IMG/VR virus record: IMGVR_UViG_3300044711_000026
Location: 4,999-68,998 of that record
Origin: a virus
Lineage: Duplodnaviria; Caudoviricetes
Strand: one strand, 5' to 3'
DNA: 64,000 bases
Shown piece after piece: positions 37,293-44,468 of the stretch (positions are counted from its first letter, which is position 1; each line of letters begins with the position of its first letter). A program made the position numbers and the translations under genes. The notes beneath the pieces are model-generated. The model was not told the DNA's origin, ran no database searches, and saw only the letters and a program-made list of their open reading frames with translations.

Positions 37293-38212
37293 ACTGTCCT
37301 CGGCAATAGGAATTTTCGGAACATGTCCTGCTCTTGCTCCGGCATGCCGTAGTCCTCCAGCAGCCGCGGAATCAGCGCAATCGCTCGCTGCTTCACCCGG
37401 TTGTACCTCTCGTCAGGAGGAAGATTTCCGGCCCATTGCGAGAGCTGATTGTCTTGCGCCCGCACCCCGGAATTGATCATACGCGACCTGACCTCGATCA
37501 ACGGGTGGCGGGTCTTGAGCAAGTCAATCTGCCACTGCGGCGTGGAGGCGCGGAAGTCCTCGTGGTCCATGATGTCGTGGGCCTGCTTGCGCCGCATCAG
37601 ATACGCCGCGTCAAAGAACGTGGCCCACCACCCCGGTTCCCGCATTTCCTGCGTGATGCCGGGTTTGGACTGATCCGTGCGGATGTTGGCGAACGAGATG
37701 CGGCCAATGATCCTGGCCAGATCGTCTGTCCAGTGATCCACGAACCAATACGGGAACAGCGGCGGGAAGATCACCCCGCCCATCAACTCACAGAGCTTGC
37801 GTGTCGGCGCTACCGCTCCGGAGAACGACAGGTTGGCGAGATGGCCGTAGACCATCCCTATGGAATCTGGAAATCGCTTCGCGGCCTCGATGATAAGGGT
37901 ATCGTACCCAGGTGTGACGTACGGATCATCGTCGGCTGCGACAAGATAGACGTCTGCTGGCTCGGTGAGAGCCCGATTCCACTTGTCCGCAATTGTGTCT
38001 TCTCGCGGGCGTATATTCGAAACAACTCGCGAATCGATAACACACGGGAGGTCATTGAGGAGTCGACAAGTTTGCTCCAGAGTTGGGTCATCGTCATCAA
38101 GCTGTACCTGCATGATGGTCTCCGGATGAGACCAATTGGCATACGACCGTTGAATGGTATCAATGAGCCGATCCGGACGGCCTCGCGTAGCCATTGAGAT
38201 AACAAGTTTCAA
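37289..38212 (-). CDS. glycosyltransferase family 2-like
   Basis: ISMATRGRP, VQLDDDD, AADDDPY..PGYD, PYWFVDHW; TTG start with AAAGGA SD. Confidence 0.8.
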   Translation of the reverse strand: MKLVISMATRGRPDRLIDTIQRSYANWSHPETIMQVQLDDDDPTLEQTCRLLNDLPCVIDSRVVSNIRPREDTIADKWNRALTEPADVYLVAADDDPYVTPGYDTLIIEAAKRFPDSIGMVYGHLANLSFSGAVAPTRKLCELMGGVIFPPLFPYWFVDHWTDDLARIIGRISFANIRTDQSKPGITQEMREPGWWATFFDAAYLMRRKQAHDIMDHEDFRASTPQWQIDLLKTRHPLIEVRSRMINSGVRAQDNQLSQWAGNLPPDERYNRVKQRAIALIPRLLEDYGMPEQEQDMFRKFLLPRTV

Positions 38213-38255
38213 GGAGCATTCCTTTCAAAGGCGCAGCGTGCGGCCCGTAGTTTGA

Positions 38256-38966
38256 TTATTCCCCGTCGTCGACCTGATAGGAGCGCTGATTATTGATATT
38301 CAGAACATCCAAGCTCTTGTCAATCTGCATGCGGATGCCACCTCCCGTGCCGCGGTACTTGCCGTTCATTTCGAAGCCGTCGCCCAGATCCTTCTTCACA
38401 CCGGCCAACTTCAGGCTTTCGTTCCGGTCGCTGATGAGCTGGCGCGCGTTGCGGATGTCTTCGGCCTGTGCTTCCTCGGTCAGGACCGTGGGACGCTCCA
38501 TGAGCATCTGCTGACCGCGGATGATGTTGCCCTTGCTACCCTTGGGGACGAGCGTGCCGGCGTAGCGCTCGGCTGGAACAGGGCGCCAGCCGTTCTGGTG
38601 CATCATGTGGTTCTGATCGAGAAGGATTTCCGAGTTGCCGGCGACGCTTACCGAGTTCCACTGGTAGGACCAGTTTTTGGGAATCATGTCCTGTGGGATG
38701 TCGAAGATGTCGCCAACCTGCGTGCGGGTACGGGACAGCACCTCGCCGTCACGGCCGGTAACCTCCACGCGACCGTTCGGGCGTGTGCGGATTTCACCAC
38801 GGGTCGCCGTCCGCGCCGCCGCCACGGGCTCGTTCTGATAGATCGGGGCTTTCTTAACCTGACGGGTGACGGGTTCGGCCTGTGCCGCCCGTGCTGCTCG
38901 AGCAGCCTTGCTGCGGCCGTCGATCTTCTGCTCTGTGGATTTCACGATCTCAGGTTCGTCATTCAT
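38256..38966 (-). CDS. conserved head-module protein (after scaffold)
   Basis: FDIPQDMIPKNWSYQW, NGWRPVPA, GQQMLMERP. Confidence 0.7.
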   Translation of the reverse strand: MNDEPEIVKSTEQKIDGRSKAARAARAAQAEPVTRQVKKAPIYQNEPVAAARTATRGEIRTRPNGRVEVTGRDGEVLSRTRTQVGDIFDIPQDMIPKNWSYQWNSVSVAGNSEILLDQNHMMHQNGWRPVPAERYAGTLVPKGSKGNIIRGQQMLMERPTVLTEEAQAEDIRNARQLISDRNESLKLAGVKKDLGDGFEMNGKYRGTGGGIRMQIDKSLDVLNINNQRSYQVDDGE

Positions 38967-38976
38967 AGTCCGTCTC

Positions 38977-39540
38977 CTAAGCTTCAACCGAGATCAAATT
39001 GAACAGCCACTTGAGCCAGCCATATTTCACGACAAATCGTTTCGGCATGGTCGAGAACATCAGCTTTCCACCATGACATCCGACGATGATGGACGGGTCT
39101 TTTTCTTCGGCAATCTGCTTGACCCGCCACGCTGCGTACTGAGAACTGCTCAGGCTCATGGACTTGGCCGTCTCGATCTCAAACGCGGACAGGTTGATGC
39201 GAGAAACCAGATCAATCGAAATATCCCGGCCAGATCCTGAGTTGATGACGGCTTGATCCATTTCTTTGTCGCGTGCGATTTTCGACACGTCGCGAATGCG
39301 CTCCATAAGAACCTGACCGCCGACAGAGATTTCATCGTTGCTATCGCCGCGATATCGCCCACGGAAATGCTGCTCCAGCCTTCCGTAAGGAACTCGCGTC
39401 CACCCGGCGTCCAGCATCGACTGTAATTGTTTGTCGATCTGCCCGAACGATTTCTTGGCGACCCACTGATATATCATCCCCGGTGGGATAAGATGCGCGG
39501 GAATCTCATAAGGGTCCTGATGCTTTATGGATGATCCCAT
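38977..39540 (-). CDS. paralogue of 38256..38966
   Basis: YEIPAHLIPPGMIYQW, AGWTRVP, GGQVLMER. Confidence 0.7.
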   Translation of the reverse strand: MGSSIKHQDPYEIPAHLIPPGMIYQWVAKKSFGQIDKQLQSMLDAGWTRVPYGRLEQHFRGRYRGDSNDEISVGGQVLMERIRDVSKIARDKEMDQAVINSGSGRDISIDLVSRINLSAFEIETAKSMSLSSSQYAAWRVKQIAEEKDPSIIVGCHGGKLMFSTMPKRFVVKYGWLKWLFNLISVEA

Positions 39541-39541
39541 G

Positions 39542-40519
39542 TTACCCTTCCGTGAAGCTTCGGTCATAAGCGCCTTGCTGCTGCAGCTTCAGCTTGCGCC
39601 GCGCGAACTCCTGCAGGCCGATCGGATCGCCCTTCTTGAACTTCCCGCTTGGATCTGAGTAGTTCCAAATGTGGGTGCCGTCCTGAGCGGCAGCGGCCTC
39701 CCGTGCAGTCAGCGAAACAGTCGGGGATGAGCCACCACCATTGGTCGACACAGCCGCGCCAGGAGCCACGGGAGGCGCTGGCGAGCGCTTCTGCTGCTGC
39801 GTAGTGACCTGCGCCGCTTCGGTCGGATCGGCCGCCTTCTTGCCGATTCCGAGGTATTCCTCGACCCGCGCGAAATATTCCGGCGTATCTGGGATGAGGT
39901 CTTCAGCCTGTGCCACGGCATCGGCCGCGGTCAGCTTCTTCAGGCCCTTTTCGCTCCGGACATATTCGGGATGGGCTCGCACCCAAGCTGCCGTAGGTGG
40001 CGTGCGATTCGCCGCGAAGATTTCGACCGGATCGGTTGACTTTACTTCTTCGGTTTCTCTCTTCGGGGCCTTGGCTCGCGCCTCCATGTCGGACTTGGCT
40101 TCGTCGAGCCGCATTTCCGTGGAGCGCGCTTTGGCGAGGCGGTCTTGCGCTTCGACTTCCGCATCAATATCGCCCGCCGCCTTGGCTACTCGTATGTCAC
40201 GCTTGGCGCGCTCGGCGTCTTCCTGCGCAGCGCTCAGGGCCGTTGTAATGGTGTCAAGATGGCTGGACGTGGCGCGCTTGTTCGCTGACTCAGCCTCGCG
40301 CTTGTGACGTGCGGCTTCTCGTTCTGCCTCGATTCGGCGCCGCTCCTGCTCGGCCGCGCGTGTCTCCAGGTCCTTGTACTGCGCCATCAGGTCTTGGACG
40401 GCGGGGTCAGCCTTGACCTCGATCTTGGGCGCTTCAGTCTTTACGACTTCTGCCGCACCCTCAACGTTGGCGACCTCGTCAGGGATGATGTTGATGGAGA
40501 TTTCGTCGTCAATCGTCAT
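39542..40519 (-). CDS. capsid scaffolding protein
   Basis: acidic N-terminus, long coiled coil, AWVRAHPEY, PPVAP, short C-terminal helix. Confidence 0.75.
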   Translation of the reverse strand: MTIDDEISINIIPDEVANVEGAAEVVKTEAPKIEVKADPAVQDLMAQYKDLETRAAEQERRRIEAEREAARHKREAESANKRATSSHLDTITTALSAAQEDAERAKRDIRVAKAAGDIDAEVEAQDRLAKARSTEMRLDEAKSDMEARAKAPKRETEEVKSTDPVEIFAANRTPPTAAWVRAHPEYVRSEKGLKKLTAADAVAQAEDLIPDTPEYFARVEEYLGIGKKAADPTEAAQVTTQQQKRSPAPPVAPGAAVSTNGGGSSPTVSLTAREAAAAQDGTHIWNYSDPSGKFKKGDPIGLQEFARRKLKLQQQGAYDRSFTEG

Positions 40520-40522
40520 ATT

Positions 40523-40741
40523 TCAAAATCCCATCCACGGCGGCATTGGATCTTCTGAACTGAGATTTGATGATTTCCTGAAATCCATGCCTGACAGGGC
40601 TCTTTCCAGTTTCCGCAACGGATGTTCAGAAGGAAACTTTTCCACTCCAATCTCCGTCATGAGAAGGCGAAGCTCTATGGCATAAGACATTGCATCAAGA
40701 ACATTGATGGAAACGCTTTTGGAGATTTCGTCGTCAGCCAC
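40523..40741 (-). CDS. hypothetical protein
   Basis: 72 aa in an AT-richer patch. Confidence 0.45.
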   Translation of the reverse strand: MADDEISKSVSINVLDAMSYAIELRLLMTEIGVEKFPSEHPLRKLERALSGMDFRKSSNLSSEDPMPPWMGF

Positions 40742-40757
40742 TATCGGTCCCTTTTCA

Positions 40758-41096
40758 TTATCCGTTCCAATTCGATCCCAAAATTAGAAGTCTCATACTA
40801 AACCCATAATCTTCGCGATCAGCGTATTGGAATATCTTAGGAACTACCCGCCAACATAGTATGCCTGATTTGCCCTGAATGTATTTTTCAAATTGTTCCT
40901 GAGCAGCAATCCTAGCGTCCTCTGCGGTGCAATAACCGTCTAAGCAGATAGTATTTCCTGGAGGCGCTGGCGCAGTGACTGATAAATCAATTTCTGGGGG
41001 TTCCCATATGGGGAATTTATTTTCCCAATATGATCTAAAAATATCTGTCTGCCTGCGACATTCTTCCTTGGAGATTTCTTCCGCTGCGTCGGACAT
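40758..41096 (-). CDS. hypothetical protein, paralogue of 41612..41974
   Basis: shared A..AQ..F..Y..G..G.L.WRVVP.I...R..YG..MRLLI. Confidence 0.65.
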   Translation of the reverse strand: MSDAAEEISKEECRRQTDIFRSYWENKFPIWEPPEIDLSVTAPAPPGNTICLDGYCTAEDARIAAQEQFEKYIQGKSGILCWRVVPKIFQYADREDYGFSMRLLILGSNWNG

Positions 41097-41354
41097 TTAT
41101 TTCTCCACGATCTTAAAGCCGGCCGCAGAAAGACATTGAATAATCGCCGCTGCTGGAAGCTTGTCCTCTTCTAAAGCTAAATATGGGTCAGGAGTCTTTT
41201 CGCCCTTCCTATTGAGCTTAAGCATTCCCAATTCTACAAATAAACTTAGCCATTTCTCATTTCTCTCTGATTCGTACTCGTTACGAGCACCAAACCTATT
41301 TTCCATGGCAGCAAGAGCTTCTTGCTTCGTAACCATCTTTCGCCTCTCAGCCAT
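41097..41354 (-). CDS. hypothetical protein
   Basis: MAERRKMVTKQEAL...; AT-rich. Confidence 0.5.
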   Translation of the reverse strand: MAERRKMVTKQEALAAMENRFGARNEYESERNEKWLSLFVELGMLKLNRKGEKTPDPYLALEEDKLPAAAIIQCLSAAGFKIVEK

Positions 41355-41622
41355 GTGCCGCCTCAGCCTGTACGATGGCAACCGTCTTGGACGCGGCGCG
41401 CATTTCCAGAACCTTGACCCGAGCCCGGTTGATCCGGCTTTTGACCGTGCCAATTTTGACGCCCATAAGGTCCGCGATTGTGCCGTAGGCTAGGCCATCC
41501 AGGGTCGCAAGTTCCAACATCTCGCGGGCATCGCTCGAAAGCTTCTGCAAATGCTCCTCATCGGTGGAGAAGAGTGTAAAGTCTTGAGCGGGATGATTGT
41601 TGATGTGCCGTCTATTCAGCAT
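41347..41622 (-). CDS. stand-alone ECF sigma-factor region 4 (HTH) protein
   Basis: REMLELATLDGLAYGTIADLMGVKIGTVKSRINRAR; no region 2. Confidence 0.8.
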   Translation of the reverse strand: MLNRRHINNHPAQDFTLFSTDEEHLQKLSSDAREMLELATLDGLAYGTIADLMGVKIGTVKSRINRARVKVLEMRAASKTVAIVQAEAAHG

Positions 41623-41974
41623 TGGCTATCACCGGCTTGTCTGAAATGAGAAGGCGCATGTAGTAGCCGTATTTCTCTCTTCTCGGCATGAATGCAATCT
41701 CAGGAACAACGCGCCAGTAAAGCGTCCCCTTGCGTCCTTCGGCGTATCTGTCGAAGTCATCTTGCGCTTGCTCGCGGGCACCAGATGCAGTTCGGTATTC
41801 ACCGATACGACATAACTCCGTATATTTCTGATTTGTCACGGAAAGAGGTCCATTCGTTGACTCGCCTACCTTGCGCTTTGCTTCGCAATACGCTTGCAAA
41901 ATCGCAGCCTGTTGAGAGCATTCCGCGGTGAATTGAACGTTTTCCGGTCCGACCAATCTGACCTTCGCCATCAC
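41612..41974 (-). CDS. hypothetical protein, paralogue of 40758..41096
   Basis: TLYWRVVPEI...KYGYYMRLLISD. Confidence 0.65.
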   Translation of the reverse strand: MMAKVRLVGPENVQFTAECSQQAAILQAYCEAKRKVGESTNGPLSVTNQKYTELCRIGEYRTASGAREQAQDDFDRYAEGRKGTLYWRVVPEIAFMPRREKYGYYMRLLISDKPVIANAE

Positions 41975-41978
41975 ACCC

Positions 41979-42425
41979 TCAATAAATCAGAGAGGGGTCT
42001 TTGACCCGACCGCGCACGAAGGTGTCCTCGATCAGCCGGCAGGACAGGCCCTCGTTCATCTTGCGTCGATCGCGGATGTAAAGCTCGTAGCCATCGCTGG
42101 GACGGTAAACGACCCAATCCCCTGGCTTGACGGTAATACCGCCGAATTTGGCCACGCCATCGTCCTGAAACGCGATGGGGCCAGTCTTCAGGACCAGACC
42201 GATCTTCCCTTGGAAGCGGTTTTCTTCCTGGGCCCGGTCGGTCTCATGAAACACGATGTCCTCGCCATTCGGGCCCTTCATGACCTTCAGCGGCGGTACA
42301 TAGGTGGCGATCAAAATAAGATTGTGGAAAACTTCGTAGTCTCCCAAATCTCCCGCCGCATCCCACAGGGGTTTGGCCGGGTCGTGCGCAGCCGCTTCAG
42401 CGAGCTGTCTCAAGTTCAACTTCAT
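41979..42425 (-). CDS. GroES-like co-chaperonin
   Basis: GKIGLVLKTGPIAF, VKPGDWVVY, CRLIED..V.G.V.DP. Confidence 0.75.
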   Translation of the reverse strand: MKLNLRQLAEAAAHDPAKPLWDAAGDLGDYEVFHNLILIATYVPPLKVMKGPNGEDIVFHETDRAQEENRFQGKIGLVLKTGPIAFQDDGVAKFGGITVKPGDWVVYRPSDGYELYIRDRRKMNEGLSCRLIEDTFVRGRVKDPSLIY

Positions 42426-42435
42426 TCATCGTCCT

Positions 42436-42630
42436 TCAGGCCCGCTCGGCCTTTTCGATATCGTCGCAGACGTGCAACGCCTCATCGATTCCTTCCAAGA
42501 CGCCAACGCGGCGCTTGTAGTCTGGCCAATCTTGCGCGACGACCAGTTCGCTTAATCGATCCGCCCTGATTTGTTCCAACTTAGTGCGGATCGTCCTGAG
42601 TGTCAGCGGGGCATCTAGTGCAAAGACATG
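42436..42630 (-). CDS. small helical protein between the portal region and GroES (start uncertain)
   Basis: LEQIRADRLSELVVAQDWPDYKRRVGVLEGIDEAL; no canonical start near the expected position. Confidence 0.5.
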   Translation of the reverse strand, partial: HVFALDAPLTLRTIRTKLEQIRADRLSELVVAQDWPDYKRRVGVLEGIDEALHVCDDIEKAERA

Positions 42631-42640
42631 GAAACCCCGA

Positions 42641-43558
42641 TCAGCGCTCAACCGCCGGCTCCCATGGTTCGTGTCCAGCCTTGTTCTGCATATGAGCCTT
42701 GGCTTTCCGAGCCTTACCACCGCCGGAACCGGATGGCAACTTCGGTGCCATCTGGTGGCCCTTCTTGCCATCGGAGTAGATCGGACCGCCCGCAGCTCGC
42801 GTGATGACCGGACCACGTCCGATGTTTTGCGTATCGCTCTTGTTGCCAGAATGCTGGATTGGAGTCCGGTCGCCAATGCCGGTAACGCCCTTCTTGTCGG
42901 CCAGTGACTTCTTCCCGACCGCGCCGCCATCCTTGTACGCTCTGCCGCCCTCCGAACGAGGCGGCATTGGCATTCCACCCGGAGGAGGTCCACCGATCCC
43001 AGCCATCGGTGGCGCTCCAGCGCCCGGAGGAGGAGGCATCATGGGCGGCTTTGGCAGCATGGGAGGAGGCCCGGCCATCGGAGGTGCACCACCAGGCATC
43101 GGCGGATGCTGTCCACCGCTCGGCGCCACGATGACGTTGACACTGGTCTTGCCGCTGCCCTTGGACTTGACGTGGCCGCCGCGAGCCCTTCCCATCCTTT
43201 CCTCAATGGTCTTGATAGCGTCTTGTGCATCCTGATCAGACGGCCGTGGCCTTGAACGATTAGTTGCCACGATCTGCTCAGGAGTTGGCAACTTCCCGGG
43301 AGCAGCACCACCGCCAGCCTTTTTGGCTCCCTTGGCGCGCCTCATGGCTTTATCACCTCGGTGCTTGGCTCCCTTCCCTTCGCCCTTGAGCGCGCTGCCC
43401 TTGACCTCCTTCTTGATCAAGGCGCGGTCCTCGGCTTCATCGGAATGGACTGAGCCGCCACGGGCGTAGCACTTCGGAGATTCACTGACGCCGGCAATGC
43501 GGCTGACGCGATCGCGCTCGACCTTGTGTCCGCGATGTTCGTTCATCGGATGTGCCAT
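42641..43558 (-). CDS. basic low-complexity head-associated protein with six GG motifs
   Basis: MAHPMNEH start (TAATG overlap); YARGG, KAGGG, RARGG, RSEGG, YKDGG, RAAGG; Pro/Met/Gly tract. Confidence 0.7.
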   Translation of the reverse strand: MAHPMNEHRGHKVERDRVSRIAGVSESPKCYARGGSVHSDEAEDRALIKKEVKGSALKGEGKGAKHRGDKAMRRAKGAKKAGGGAAPGKLPTPEQIVATNRSRPRPSDQDAQDAIKTIEERMGRARGGHVKSKGSGKTSVNVIVAPSGGQHPPMPGGAPPMAGPPPMLPKPPMMPPPPGAGAPPMAGIGGPPPGGMPMPPRSEGGRAYKDGGAVGKKSLADKKGVTGIGDRTPIQHSGNKSDTQNIGRGPVITRAAGGPIYSDGKKGHQMAPKLPSGSGGGKARKAKAHMQNKAGHEPWEPAVER

Positions 43559-43866
43559 TATGCAACCTCGCTGATTTGCATGTCGCTTTGAAGCGTCGTG
43601 ACTCTCCATACGTATGGAAAGCCAACCTGTGCCATCTCAACACATTTACCTGGCTGATACGCAATGACGCGCCCGCTCTGCTCAAACACAAACTCTGGAG
43701 CAACGGTGAACGACATCGTCATGGACCCGGCTAGGTTAGATGACTTTGTGTCCCACTCTCCCGTAGTCGGATCGCTCCAACTAATCATTCGCGGCGCCTC
43801 ACGCCTTTGCACCATGTCAAATCCGAAGGCGATGATGAAACCCTGAGAGTGCTTGAAGAGTTTCAT
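43558..43866 (-). CDS. 102-aa mini-paralogue of a segment of the tail hub protein
   Basis: PRMISWSDPTTGEWDTKSSNLAGS..GFPYVW vs hub PMLVRWSDQGDYTQFKTSTTNQAGS..GFPLVF. Confidence 0.65.
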   Translation of the reverse strand: MKLFKHSQGFIIAFGFDMVQRREAPRMISWSDPTTGEWDTKSSNLAGSMTMSFTVAPEFVFEQSGRVIAYQPGKCVEMAQVGFPYVWRVTTLQSDMQISEVA

Positions 43867-44042
43867 TTCCCCTTCTCCTCATAGACGGGATAGCCCGCGT
43901 CATCGTTGGCCTTCTTGTCGCCGCCGTAATTTCTAATCACGGCATCAACATCAGCTTGGCCAGCCTTCTCTACAAATGGCTTGATGCCACGGAGCCATGA
44001 AGGGTCGTTTTTGTGCGCTGCATCACGATACGGATGTGCCAT
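43863..44042 (-). CDS. 59-aa protein with MAHP N-terminus
   Basis: read by hand: MAHPYRDAAHKNDPSWLRG...NYGGDKK...; AAGGA SD; ATGA-coupled. Confidence 0.6.
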   Translation of the reverse strand: MAHPYRDAAHKNDPSWLRGIKPFVEKAGQADVDAVIRNYGGDKKANDDAGYPVYEEKGK

Positions 44043-44250
44043 CTTTGATTCCTTGTTTTACTTCGCGAAATCCTGTCATCTCACGAGTAACGATCACGTC
44101 GGCTCGCAACCGCCTGATTTCTTCGGCCGCGTCGTAAAACAGTTTGCGCAACGGGACGTCCCAACTGATCTTTTCCGGTGAAAGCCATTCAGGCATTTCC
44201 GATCCCTGTGGGAGCGCTGCCATCCGCTCAAGCTTTTCAAGAACATCCAT
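44023..44250 (-). CDS. hypothetical protein
   Basis: 75 aa; AAEEIRRLRA motif. Confidence 0.5.
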   Translation of the reverse strand: MDVLEKLERMAALPQGSEMPEWLSPEKISWDVPLRKLFYDAAEEIRRLRADVIVTREMTGFREVKQGIKDGTSVS

Positions 44251-44468
44251 TATTTCTTCCCCTTCGGATTAGCTTTGCCGTCTAATTCCTGAACCAATCC
44301 CATCAGAACATGAAAAGGAATCGCGCAATGAAGGTCGTCCAGCGTTGCTCCGGGCGGCATGGTGGATGAAAATTTGATCAAAATATCCCGTGCTTTCTCT
44401 AAATTAGAGAGCGGAGCCGCTACATCACTATAGCTAGCACCTTCTTCATCCTGCCCAGGTCCTGTCAT
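44250..44468 (-). CDS. hypothetical protein
   Basis: 72 aa coupled to the portal stop. Confidence 0.45.
   Translation of the reverse strand: MTGPGQDEEGASYSDVAAPLSNLEKARDILIKFSSTMPPGATLDDLHCAIPFHVLMGLVQELDGKANPKGKK

Noticed and set aside
37334-38197. 287-aa + strand ORF
   Set aside because: Antisense shadow of the GT2 gene; no RBS or motif
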